Assembly: GCF_009914755.1 (NCBI RefSeq)
Contig: NC_060925.1
DNA length: 64,000 nucleotides
Strand: one strand, 5' to 3'
Source of the DNA: the human T2T-CHM13v2.0 reference genome, Homo sapiens
Numbering within the stretch: position 1 is the first letter of the stretch; every line of letters starts with the position of its first letter. Under the pieces are notes generated by a model. The model was not told the origin of the DNA. It ran no database searches and worked only from the letters and a program-made list of their open reading frames with translations. The position numbers and the translations under genes were made by a program. Positions 14,682-27,350 of this stretch are shown here, piece by piece.

Positions 14682-15151
14682 CGTGGTAGACAGAATAATA
14701 GCTCCCAAATGTGTCCTAAGCCCTGGAACCGGTGATTATGTTAGATGGCTTTGCAGGTGTGATTAAATTAAGGATCGTGAAGTGGGGAGATTACCCTGGA
14801 TTACCTGGGTGGGCCCGATGTCATCATAAGGGTCCTCGAAAGTGGAAGGGGAGGCCGAATAAAAGCATTTGAGGGAGATGTGACTTCAGAAGAAAGGCAC
14901 AGAGAGATGCAACGTTGCTGGCTTTGAGGATGGAGGAAGGGTGGGGGGCAACTACAGCCCTGGGAAAAGGCAAGGAAACAGATTCTCCCATGGACCCCGC
15001 AGAAGGGAAAGCAGCCCTGTGACACTTAAATTTTAGCCCTGAGAGGCTTCCATTGGACTTTTGACCTCCAGAACTGTAAGCTAATAAATCTGTGTTTTAA
15101 AGCCACTGTTTTTATGGTAATTTGTTACAGCAGCAGTAGAAAACTAATACA
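14682..15151 (+). mobile_element. MLT1D-type MaLR solo LTR, full length
   Basis: Starts (C)GTGGTAGACAGAATAAT, ends TTTGTTACAGCAGCAGTAGAAAACTAATACA; near-TSD GAGTG/CAGTG. Confidence 0.88.
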
Positions 15152-15439
15152 CAGTGTAAATCAGGGAGAAGAGCTGAGTGCAAAGACAGGAAAATCTAAG
15201 TATGATTTAGGGACAGTCATTCGGCCAGAGGGTGGCTGTGGGGAGCATAATAGAATTTAAAGTCAGGAAGGTCAGTTTGAGTCAGACTGTGGGGAGCCTT
15301 ACATGAAAGATGAATGAGTTGAGTCACTATCTTTGGGCCATGGAAAGCCACTGAAAAGTTCAAGGGTGGAGTGACATAAGAAACAGAATTTCAGAAAGGA
15401 AGACCAGGGGCACTCTCTGTAAGGATGCCCATGGCTGCC

Positions 15440-15753
15440 TGGGGAGACAGAGTAATGTCCCCCAAAGCTGTCCTAAGCCCTGAAATCTGTGATTATGTTA
15501 GATGACTTTGCAGGCATGACTGAATTAAGGATGTTGAAGTGGGGAGATTAGCTTGGGTTACCTGAGTGGGACTGATGTCATCATAAGGGTCCTTAAAAGT
15601 GGAAGAGGGGCTCAAAAAAAGCATTTGAGGGAGATGTGACCACAGAAGAAAGGCACAGAGAGATGCAACATTCTGGCTTTGAAGATGGAGAAAGGGGGCC
15701 AACTCCAGCTCTGGAAAAGGCAAGGAAACAGATTCTCCCATGGACCCGACAGA
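15440..15753 (+). mobile_element. Partial second copy of the upstream MLT1D LTR
   Basis: Colinear with 14682-15003, e.g. GATGTCATCATAAGGGTCCT, GCATTTGAGGGAGATGTGAC and AAAAGGCAAGGAAACAGATTCTCCCATGGACCC occur in both. Confidence 0.88.
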
Positions 15754-16789
15754 TATGGCTGAGTCACGGCAAGTAAACAGGCCCTGGGACTCTCATCCTC
15801 ACTTCCCCTAGACCCCGGCCTTGTTACCTGTTTCATGTTCAGGGCTTCCACTTCAGGTTTCATTTGAATAAGGCATTTTGTATTTAAGATAAAATGAAAA
15901 CAACAAATGAGCACAGCTCGGTGCACAGAGAAGTTCAGTATCTTGTTCCAGCTCACCCAGCTATACAGTGAGAGGACAGGGACTTATTCCCTAGGAATCC
16001 TGACTCCCAGTCCTAGACTATTCCGGTGGAGGGCCAGGGGGACTGGAAAGGGGAATAAATAAGGCCATCTGTTAGGTGATCCAGGTATTAATTCCTGGAC
16101 TATGGAATCTTTGAGCAGGAAAGGAAGGGCCTAGATAGGAAGGACAAGTCCCATGAATCAACATGCCTGGGAGAGCCAATGGACCCAAGAGCACCAGTGC
16201 TTCATCCTGAGGCCAGCAGGTACTAGTGAGAAACACTACACTGACCCCCTCTCAAGTCCAGTAATCTATAGATGGAAGGAACTGGACACTTTAGAGCTCC
16301 AGCATGAAGGAGAATCATATTAGCAGACCCCAAAGAGGGCATACTAAAAGATGCAGGGAATGCTTTCGAGGGAGGGTCCAGTCTTGGGTTAATAAAGCAA
16401 GAAAATGAATGAAATGATAGAGCAGGAAGTGGAGACCTGGACTTGGGCTTCTGCCAATGATCCCAGAAGAAACACATACAGCCCAATCTATTAACTTCCT
16501 CATGACCTCACTTCCAGGAAACTGGGAGAACTACAAACCAATAAGCTCTGTGAGGGCTCAAAGTGAATGTTTAGGGCCTGGTGGTTCTCTAAGCACATCT
16601 TTCGATTGTCAGGGTATTACTAATTAAACAAGAACGCTATAATTACTTGTGCATTATTACAATACACAAAGTGATTTAAGCAGTAAAAAGGGCTTTGATG
16701 AATTAGTAGTTCTTTTGATTCCTGTAGTTTTGTGGCTCATGTTCAAAGACATCTTTTAAAAGTATTCAGATTCATGGGAAAGCTGCAAT

Positions 16790-17800
16790 ATCTCTTACCC
16801 AGGCTTTTTTTTCCTGACTTCAAGTCTGCATGCGTTACTGCTTTCTGGACACGCTACTCACGAGCCCCATCCCACCCTCCTACTTGACTTGTTCAAAATC
16901 GAAACTCAGCCCCTTTCATTCCCAGCTTGCTCTTCTTCCTCTATTTTGTACCTGGGTAAATTGCCTTTCCACCCATTCAGCAAAATTTGGGGAGTTATCC
17001 TCATTCTTTTCTTTCTTGTCCTGTCTCCTATACCATCATTCTTCACATCTATGTAACATCCACCACCATGACAATAAATAATAGTGGCAACACTTTTTTG
17101 AGTGCCTATTACATTCTAAGCATCTTAGATATATTATTGTGAACCCTTACAAATCCTGCAAAATTTGTACTATTATCCTCATTTTATAAGTCAAAGAGCC
17201 TGAGGTTCAGAGATATTATTTCCTCAAAGTTCATCTGCAGGTAGGTGGCAGTTGGGGTCAGGATTCAAACCCACATTTCTCTGATTCTAAAGCATATACA
17301 TTTTATATCACACAGGGCTGCATCCAATAGAGCACCAACAGTTCTGCCAAATTTGCCCAAGTCTTGACTAAAATCCACCTACTTCCTTCCCTCCGTAGGC
17401 TATTTGCTACCTTAGTGTATGCTGTCATTAGTTCTCACCTGGACTGATGGCATAAGCTTTCTCACTTGTCTCTCTACCTCCAACCTTGCTGTATTCTCTA
17501 GTGGTATGTCTGTTAGCTGACTGATCATAAGCAAGTTCCTGTGTGCTCACCCTGAACCTACTAAATCACAATCCCCAAGCCTTCATGTCAGTCTTAGTAA
17601 TAAGCACCTCCTGTTGATTCTTATGAGGAGCGAGTATAGCCAAAGGCAGTTCTAAAAAGAAAACTCCAGGCTCAAAGCCTTCAGTGGCTCCCGTTCACCT
17701 ACATGATAAATTGAATATTCTTTAATCTGACATTTAAGGGCCTTTTATGGTCTGGGTAAAACTCGTCCTTTCTAATCATGCTGGCACAAAGAAGTCACTC
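16790..17800. mobile_element. Degraded L2 fragments with an inserted minus-strand MIR (about 17080-17310)
   Basis: MIR: TATTATCCTCATTTTATAAG...GAGGTTCAGAGA...GGATTCAAACCCA; L2-like TCTCACCTGGACT and CTCAAAGCCTTCAGTGGCTCCC. Confidence 0.6.
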
Positions 17801-17817
17801 AGCAAACGGACGCATAG

Positions 17818-18331
17818 TATGGCAGGCAGAATAATGGGCCCCCAAGATGTCTGTGTCCTAATCCCCAAAACCAGAGAATATGTTACCTTACATGGCAAAA
17901 GAGACTTTGCAGATGTGATTGAGTGATGGACCCAGAGAAAGGGAGATTATCTTGGGTTATTCAGGTGGTACCAATCTAATCACAAGTCATTAAAAGAAGA
18001 AAATCATTTCTGGTTGTGATCAGTGAGAGATAACATCATGAGAGAAGGGTTAGAGAGATAGAATGTAGAACGATTTGACCTTCATAGCTGATTTTGATAA
18101 TGGAGGAAGAGGACCATGAGCCAAGGATGTGGTGGCCTCTGGAAGCTGAAAAAGGCAAAGAAATAGATTCTTCCCTATAGTTTCTAGAAAGTAGTGCAGC
18201 CCTGCCAATACCCTGATTTTAGCTCATGTTGGGCTTTTGACCTAAAGGGCTGTAAGATAATAAATTTGTATTATTTTATGGTATTAAATTTATGGTAATT
18301 TTCTATAGCAGCGATAGAAAACAAATTCACA
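17818..18331 (+). mobile_element. MLT1D-type MaLR solo LTR
   Basis: TATGGCAGGCAGAATAATGGGCCCCCAAGATGTC...TGTTACCTTACATGGCAAAAGAGACTTTGCAGATGTGATT...GGTAATTTTCTATAGCAGCGATAGAAAAC. Confidence 0.88.
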
Positions 18332-18369
18332 CAGTTTTTTTTATGGCGACTTGCTTATCTATACTTTCT

Positions 18370-18670
18370 ACATGTATCATTTTCTCTGCCTGGAGTGCTC
18401 TGTTTGGTTCACTTGGAAAACTCCTATTCATCCTTCAAAACCCAGCTCAAAATGGCTGATTCAGACAGGAATTTATACATGGTCCTTCAACTCCAAGAGC
18501 ACCCAATATTTATTCATGATAAATGTTAATGTTATTTTGCTTTGTATTTACTTATAAACTTACCTACATCTCTCACCTCCTTAGAGAGCTTGTCTTGCTC
18601 ATTTTATATTCTTATCCTGGCATAGTGTCCATAGTGTCTAGCATATGGTTGGTGCTCAAAAAATATCTTC
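18370..18670 (+). mobile_element. L2 3' fragment
   Basis: AACTCCTATTCATCCTTCAAAACCCAGCTCAAA...AGTGTCTAGCATATGGTTGGTGCTCAAAAAATAT. Confidence 0.7.
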
Positions 18671-18869
18671 TGGGTAATAACTACAGAGACATTGAAGGAA
18701 TTGTATTATAGAAGCACCTCATGTAAGTCAATCAATGTTGGATTATATGAATTCTTATCATTAGAATACGATGGTTTTAAATATCAAAAATAATGATTCC
18801 AAAAAAGATAATAATTCCAAAAATGAGTCTCTTTGAGATTGACAGTTAATGTTTATTACTTATACTTAA

Positions 18870-19174
<305 letters not shown>

Positions 19175-19293
19175 AATTACTTTCTTTTGAGATCAAATGA
19201 TTTTTCTTTTCCTTATATGAAAACCATTTATTTCTACTTTACTCCAGGCAGGAAAGGCAGAAGAAAAAATTACGTCAATTAAAAGCAAATCCT

Positions 19294-19612
19294 GGGCAGG
19301 GAGAGATAGTTCACGCCTGTAATCCTAGCACTTTGGGAGGCTGAGATGGAAGGATGGCTTGAAGCCAGGAGTCAGACCAGCCGGGGCTACATATAGTGAG
19401 ACCTCATCTCTACAAAAAAATTAAAAAAAAAATTAAAAAAATAGCCAGCCATGGTGGTTCATGCCTGTGGTCCCAGCTACTCTGGAGGCTGAGGTGGGAG
19501 GATTGCTTGAGCCCAGGATGTCAAGGCTGCAGCCAGCTACGATTGTGCCACGGCACTCCAGCCTAGATGACAGCACAAGACCCTGTCTCTCTCTCTCTCT
19601 CTAAAAAAAAAA
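19294..19612 (+). mobile_element. AluJ with (CT)n before the A-tail
   Basis: GGATTGCTTGAGCCCAGGA; degenerate TSD AAAAGCAAATCCT/AAAGGTAAATTCT. Confidence 0.9.
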
Positions 19613-19944
19613 AAGGTAAATTCTGTATCCCAGTGTCATTATCTAGGCTGAGTTTACACATCTTCCCGGTCATTAATGCTCACTGGTGCCCTCGCTCTAC
19701 AGGCATATGAAGTTAAGAGGCTTGTCAGGTTTCCTCTATCACAGGTAAGAAAGCCCGCAGGAGCTGGGAAAGCCCTAGCCAGACTAAGTAAGAAGTGAGA
19801 CACTCTTGAAAGGAATCTTATGCTTATATCCTGCAATCCCTGGTTTGGCTCCACTTAACATCCAAAGGAGACCAGGGCCTGCCTCAGGGCACAGGAGAGG
19901 TCCTAGGACAGGACCTTAAGATGCCACACAGACTTATTCCCTAA

Positions 19945-20610
<666 letters not shown>

Positions 20611-23600
20611 AATTCGGGTAGGTGGTACCCCCCTCCGCCCCCTGCAGCCTGCCCTAGGGAGCACTGATACCATCAGTAGCTGCCCTCTGTAGGCACCTGG
20701 ACCTATGGGGAAGGACTCTTGACTAGGGCCTCTGAAACAAAGGCTGCAGATCCTCTTTGCCTATACAGTGCTGACAATGTGAAGAGGAGAGAAAAAGATG
20801 AGAGTGTGCTCACAGCGCTTATACAGAAAACACCCCTCCTTTCACACCAGGTGGTAAAAGCTAAGCAAGCCTTTAGAAAGTGCCCTAACTACCACCAATG
20901 CCTGAAATCTCAGTGCTGCCCTGGCCCCACCCTTTCCCATAGCCAGTGGGTCCTTTGATAACATATTAACATCTTACATTCCAATGATAGATTTTAAAGG
21001 CTGAATTTCAAAGAAGAGTTGAAGTGAACACCCACACGTTAACTCCCACCACGCATTGCAAAATCCAGTTGCTTTAGATTTATCCAGCTTTTCATCAGCT
21101 TAAATTTTGTGACAAAAATGTTTGGACTTTACTGATGTAAGTATAATGGAAATTTTGTGAGTTGGTCACACTCATGGATAAGGCTGTTGTCAGGCAGGTC
21201 GGCTCTACTTGGTAATCTATGGTTTCACTCTGGAATATTTACACTGGCAATCTTACTCATTACAGACAAGCAAATCTTTACTTACATGAGGCGGGAGAAT
21301 GTAGACTTCCTCACCTCTCACAATCACCTTTCCTATCCTATTAGTTCAATTCAGGATGGTGTCAGGTCGCCTTATCTTCTGGGAACAGTGGGCTTCTAAT
21401 ACACCCTGTGGATATGCATCTGGAATGATCCCAACAGAGACTTAAGGCAGTGATACCAGAGTGGGTCATCTCCCGTTTGGCTCTGCTCCTGAGGACTCTG
21501 GGGACAGTGAGCAGTTGGGTCAGGGACTTTTTTATGACCAAGCTCAGTGATGCCAGCGTTTGCTAAGATTTCAGTGTTTAAAATAAATTGTTCTTTGAAT
21601 CTTCCACAGAAAGATTCAGGGGTCTTGGAACAGAGGAAGCCTTGGTTGGTGACAGGGTCACAGTCTTCAAGATAGGTTGACACAGGCTGGCATCTATGGA
21701 TCTTCCCAGCCCTCAAGCACTGGACATGACCACAATCCTCGAGGTTCACTCCCTCTAGTTACATGAGGTCACACTTTCCCCTTCTCCAGGAAAGGCTGTC
21801 AAACAAGAACTATAGCATTAGAAAATTATCACTGGTATATCTGGAATCAGCAAAATTTCTAAGAAATTGTGAAAGTCTGAAGAAGTGAGTAATTGTTAAC
21901 CTGAATGCACTTACCAGCTTGTTAGTTGCCACTTCATGACAGCCGATACTGAAAGCATCAAGATGAATGTTGACTCCTTCCCTTTAGAATCTTACTGGCC
22001 GCAGGTTGCCTGCAATTTGTGTGAACAACATGAGAACTACAGGGAGAAGAGGCACTTGAAGCCATTTCTGCACACCCTTGCCTGAGCCTCACCTGCATTC
22101 CAAGTTCTCCTAACATGTTCAGACAGCATATGTGTGCTTTTGCTTAATTCTTGAGATTGGTTTGGATCTTGTGTAAAGGAGGGCAACCACTTTATAATAG
22201 CCACAGATCACTTGCACTGCTGCTGTGATACAATCATTCAAATGTCTTCATTTGTTTAGAAATGGTTGAGGATCATTCTTTTTTCCCAAATGTATTATTC
22301 TCCATAATTCCATCCCCAAAAGCAAAAATGTCACAATGACTTGCTGAATGCTCAGTGTGATTTGAGCTTACTGATAGCAGAGACCATGCTTGTCTATCAT
22401 TGGATCCCCAGCAGCTACCAACATTCTTTGCACTTACTGGGCGCTTGTAAATGTTCATTGAATGAAAGAATTAATCAATGAATGACAAGCTGGGCATTAC
22501 TTGGTTCTATCAAATTTAATCATGCTTCCACGGTTTCACAATCTACCTTTGGAAGTGAAAATGTGCGGCATGCCTCACATTCCATCAATAATGCAAAGGC
22601 TTCTATGAGACACTAGGGAAGTAGAAAACAGTGGTTTATTGAATCAGACTAAAATCTGTTAGTGGCAGAAGTACATATTTGCAAACAACTCTAATAAAAT
22701 GACCTGGAGGGACTTTAAAAGGCTCCACAGCTTTGTGAGGCTCTGGGTGACTCCCTGGCAGAAACATTCCGTGGCACTTTGACTTGTATTTTCCTGCCCG
22801 ATGAGGCACATTACTCAGAGAGTTGACATAAACTTCCTTTGGCCAGCCATGGGAGGACGTGTGCACACACGCATAATGGGATGGAGAATTGAGAATGTGT
22901 TAGTGCCACTCCAAAAAAGACATCTGCTTTCAAAAATGTTTATGTTTAGCACAAAAATGTATTCCATGGAATTATGGCATGCATTTACATATTCATGGGC
23001 CTTAGAGGATATCCAAGTTTAAATTAGGAGCTTTCTCTTCAATTCTATCAAAGCTTGGAATTGCCATGGGAGTATGGCACCAATACTCTGGCAAGGAAGT
23101 TTGTCCCCTGAAGCCTCTCAGAGAAGGATCACCCAGCAGGGCTGCCACTATTCACACATAATGCTTGACCTATAAAAGCTTTCCCTTATTATGCAATGCA
23201 CCTTAATTATTTCCATTCTATTCTAGTCCATTTCTTTAAAATGCTGGTCACATTCACTATATTGATTACCTGACCCACTAATGGACTGTGATCTGTAGTT
23301 GGAAAAATACTGCAGTAGAAAAATGAAGAGTGACCCCAAACTAAAGACTCTAACAGGAAGCCACAAAGACTGCTTGGAAGGTTTGGGAATGTTGCAGTCA
23401 AATCCATACCCAGAATGTGCTCATCAAGTGTGGCTTGCAGCTCGTGATCTGGGATGCCAGGCTGTCTGGATGCACTATGGCGGCAGTACCATGGGCTCAC
23501 AAAATGGGGAGAAGGGATGGGAGATGGCTTTGAATTCTTTCTCCTTTAGCGTGGTGTTCAGGAACAAGCCACCTCTCTTAGCTTGGAGGGGAGGCTCATA

Positions 23601-23957
23601 GAGCTCTGTCATCCACAAGGAAATCTCCCATCCTTTGAGAGGAAATGCAAATGTCATCATCCCTTTCCTTGATGGGTCCTGTAAGGGTCTACTTTCCTTG
23701 ACCCTTACAGTTGAAAGTCCTCTTTTTTCTTAACCCCTAGGGCACATAATTTATTTCTCACTTTGAGTACCTAACACTTTCTAAACTATGCTTTCAGTTT
23801 TTTTCCTTTATTGACTGTATGTAGCATCAGGACTATGATGATGTCCTACTCATTTTGTATCCCTGTGTCTAGTATGTGCCTTGCACATATCAGGTGCTCA
23901 ATCAGCATTTAGGACATACACAAAGAGGCCACAGAAATGCTTTGTCTTATAACATTA

Positions 23958-24501
23958 TCCCTCTGTATCCATGGAGAATTGGTCCCAGGAACCGCCCTCC
24001 TCCCCACCACCACCCTGCAGACATCCAAATCCTCAGATGCTCAAGTCCCTTATATAAAACGGTCTAGTAAAATAATGTGTGCACATGGATACAGAGAGGG
24101 GAATATTAGATATTGAAGACTCAGAGGGGTGGGAGGGTGGAAGGACATGAAGGATGAGGATTTACTTAATGGGTACAATGTCGCTAAAAACCCAGACTTC
24201 ACCACTATACAACATATTCATGTAACAAAATGGCATTTATAACCCTTAAATATATAAAAACAAAATAAAATGGTGTCATATTTGCATATAACCTATACAT
24301 ATCCTTCCATATACTTTAAATCATCTCTAGATTACTGTATACCAAATATAATGTAAATGCTATATAAATAGTGGATGTACTGTATTGGTTTTTTATTTGT
24401 ATATTTTTTATTGTTGTATGGTTATTTTTTATTTTATTCTCAAGAATATTTTTGACCCAAAATTCATGGATGTGGAGCCCATGGATAAGAAGTGCCACCT
24501 G
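23958..24501 (+). mobile_element. MER2 (Tigger/TcMar) MITE interrupted by an L1 3' end
   Basis: CCCTCTGTATCCATGG...GATGCTCAAGTCCCTTATATAAAA | ATTTGCATATAACCTA...TACTTTAAATCATCTCTAGATTAC...CCCATGGATA. Confidence 0.85.
24070..24265 (+). mobile_element. L1PB/L1MA-type 3'UTR fragment
   Basis: TTACTTAATGGGTACAATG...CCCAGACTTCACCACTATACAA...CATGTAACAAAA; degenerate TSD TAAAACGGTCTAGTA/TAAAATGGTGTCATA. Confidence 0.8.
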
Positions 24502-24650
24502 TTCTCAGAACTTGAGAATGATTTATCTTTGAGATGGTGTCACTAGGATTCTGCAGGAGGCTCACTTATCAGCATTGGTATTCCCACATATCTTACCTTC
24601 TTACTCTTCTCCTTCTCCCTCCTTCTCCTTCTCCTTCTTTCTCCTTCTCC

Positions 24651-24759
24651 TTTTTTAGAGAAGAGTCTATGTTGCCCAGGCTGATCTCAAATTCTTGGCT
24701 TCAAGTGACCCTCCCACCTCAGCCCCCCAAAGTGCTGGGATTACAGGCATGAGCCACCT
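24651..24759 (-). mobile_element. Alu left monomer / FLAM fragment with (CTCCTT)n-like tail at 24605-24650
   Basis: ATGTTGCCCAGGCTG...CCCAAAGTGCTGGGATTACAGGCATGAGCCAC. Confidence 0.8.
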
Positions 24760-25038
24760 CTTACCCTGAGCCTGCCCATTTTCCCATGCATCCATCCTCC
24801 CATCCAGCTCTTATTGAGAACCTGCTGTGTTCCTGTGCTAATCGTGGTGGTTACTAAGGTGGGTAGGGCAGTGCCTGCCTCTAGATCCCAAGTCTAGTGA
24901 GGCAGAAGAGAAGTGAGGGGGTAATGACCACAATGTGAGAAGCGCTATAAGGGGGGCAGTGACCCACGTCTCCCAACTCATGTCACAGTGCAGTGCTCTC
25001 TCACCATATGCTTTTTGACTGCTTCTCTCAGACTTCTT

Positions 25039-25337
25039 TTTTTTTTCTTTTTTTTTTTTAGATGGAGTCTCTCCCTGTCGTCCAGGCTGGAGTACAGTGG
25101 TGTGATCTCGGCTCACTGCAACCTCCACCTCCTGGGTTCAAGCGACTCTCTCCCTCAGCCTCCCAAGTAGCTGGAATTACAGGCGCCTACCACCACGCCT
25201 GGCTAATTTTTGTATTGTTAGTAGAGACGGGGTTTCATCATGCTGGCCAAGCTGGTCTTGAACTCCTGACCTCATGATCCACCTGTCTTGGCCTCCCAAA
25301 GTGCTGGGATTACAGGCGTGAGCCAGCGTGCCTGGCC
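25039..25337 (-). mobile_element. AluS (Sc/Sg-like)
   Basis: TGACCTCATGATCC; TSD TCTCAGACTTCTT/TCTCAGATTTCTT. Confidence 0.92.
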
Positions 25338-25609
25338 TCTCAGATTTCTTAAACTCTGCCCCACCAGCAAAGATTTTGTTAAGCTTTATATCCCATAGTT
25401 TGTATTAGGAAAACAATAGCTGTGTTAAAAAATTAAATTGTTATAATATTGAATATGCATTTTCTAAGTGTTCACGTGTCTAAAGCAACAGGTGATACAG
25501 TGGGAACTGCAATACGGTGTGAAAAGGAAATTATTTAAACAAATAATAATAATCGAATTATCTTCAAGACATTTCCTTTGGCCAGGAATAACATCTGAAC
25601 AGAAGCGTG

Positions 25610-26025
25610 ACCCTGGCCTAAAGGTTTCTGCATGATCCGGTCCCTACCTGCTCATCCCTGGCCACAACCTCTTCCCTCATTGTGCAGCAGCCCTGGTGGG
25701 CTTCGCTGTCCCTCTTCTTCGTACACTCTTCACCTATCCCTTCCAGGTCCACGGCCCTTCTTATCCTTCAGGTCTCAGCCTAATAAGTCATCAGACAGGT
25801 CTTCTCTGACGACTTTGCAAAAAAGCTGTTGCCCACCTTAGTCTCCATCCTAGGAGTCTGATCTTTTCCTTCATAGACCTAATCACAAAGTGTAATTATT
25901 TCATTTGTTTGGTTGTCTCTCTTGCTAGACTGTGAACTCCACAAACTGTTCACCAGCCTATCCCCAGAGACTCGCATGGTTTCTGGCACATGGCAGACAC
26001 TATAAATACATTTTGAATAAATGCA
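25610..26025 (+). mobile_element. L2 3' fragment
   Basis: CTTATCCTTCAGGTCTCAGC...CTAGACTGTGAACTCCA...CTGGCACATGGCAGACACTATAAATACATTTTGAATAAATG. Confidence 0.75.
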
Positions 26026-26189
26026 TGTTAGGGCGGCTCACAGAAAGCACCTACTTGAAAGGGAGGACATCTCACCAGCGGGGGACAGCGCTGCAGAACC
26101 CAGCAGCGGAACAACAGCGACACCAAGTGGCCAGTCCGCATTACCCACAGCAGCTGTTCCTTGCCAGAAATCTCAGGCCTTGGAAGGCT

Positions 26190-27350
26190 GATGCTTGTAA
26201 TTTAATGTGGATACTAATCCATTAAGCTTGTTTATTCATTTCCTTAATTTAAAAAAAATCTAGAAACTGCCCTCAAATATCTCCCACTATAGAGTAGGAC
26301 ACTTGAAAGCATGTGGCCACTAGCTAGACAGACTTTAGGAGTTGCTATGGTAACTTTTCCCTTTTTTGCTAACCATTTGGAAACCTTACATTTTTCAAAT
26401 CTGCATGCTTTGAAAAGGCCTGCTTGATTCTACTTTGTTTTTCAAGCTTTGCTTTGATTTACTGTATTTAATTTGCTTCACCTTCTAATTTGTTAAATGA
26501 CATGTTATTAAAATTCCCCAGGGGGCCAGCAGGAATCTGTGCCGCTGAGAGACAGCATGCATTCTGGAAGTCGGTAATTCACATCTGAGCACTCAGAGGA
26601 GATTTTGGAAACCCATTAGGTTAGCAGAGCCGCTCTGGGCAGAATCAGCGCTGGCAGGGACGCTGCATTTGACAACTCAAGTCTTTAGGTGATGCTGAAA
26701 AGCCTGCCCTAGCTTCTCATTTCCTCCGTCCCCCAGCGAATCGTTCTTTGCTGCTGCTGTCCTCGGTGTGAAAAGGTGACCCCCCCACTGCCCATCGCAC
26801 CTGCTTGCTATCTCTCGTCGGTCACCCCCTACAAGACCGGAAAACAGGTCTAAAAAAGCCAGAGCGTTCCGCGCTCAATTACAATGACGCTAAAATGCAT
26901 CCTGAGGCCTGTCCATCGCGGATTTGAGAAGAGCCGCAGCAGCAGAACACGCCATTAGGCGATAATGGCCCGGGCCCGCTTCAGTCATAGGGCCGGGAAA
27001 TGAGGGTGATTTAGTGACGCTGCCAATGCCCGACACCATCGCCGCGGTAGGCAAATGGCAGCAAATGGAGGTGTTAAGTAAAGGAAGTGCAGACAAACCA
27101 TGGTTGCAGAAAGGCTCCTAATATTGATAGAGCTAACCCAGGAGGAAAGCTGGGGTAAAATTTCTTTACATTGCGAGAAAAAATAGATCCCAGCGCTCTC
27201 CTAAACATTATTATTTGCTTTAGGGTCCATCTTGTCCTTCATATGAAAATGGAGACAATTTCTCTCAGCGAAGACCGAAGCCCCGGTGCCCATTTTGCTA
27301 GCGGCATGTGCTTCCACTCCACTCCGCACCCCGCTCATTTTATTTTTAAA
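26190..27350. promoter_or_regulatory. Repeat-free, CpG-retaining putative enhancer / orphan CpG island
   Basis: About 30 CpGs in 26520-27050 by hand count against depleted flanks; RFX X-box GTTGCTATGGTAAC (26341-26354); TAATCC and TAAT clusters; TGACGC twice; AGGTGTTA. Confidence 0.65.

Noticed and set aside
14682-18331. Same-strand MLT1D LTRs about 3 kb apart as a possible MaLR provirus
   Set aside because: The intervening DNA holds older L2/MIR pieces and no MaLR internal sequence; the LTRs differ by diagnostic indels and the first has its own near-TSD
26070-26095. GGACAGCGC (REST right half-site) overlapping a CTCF-like CCAGCGGGGGACAG
   Set aside because: No correctly spaced REST left half, and mismatches at key CTCF positions
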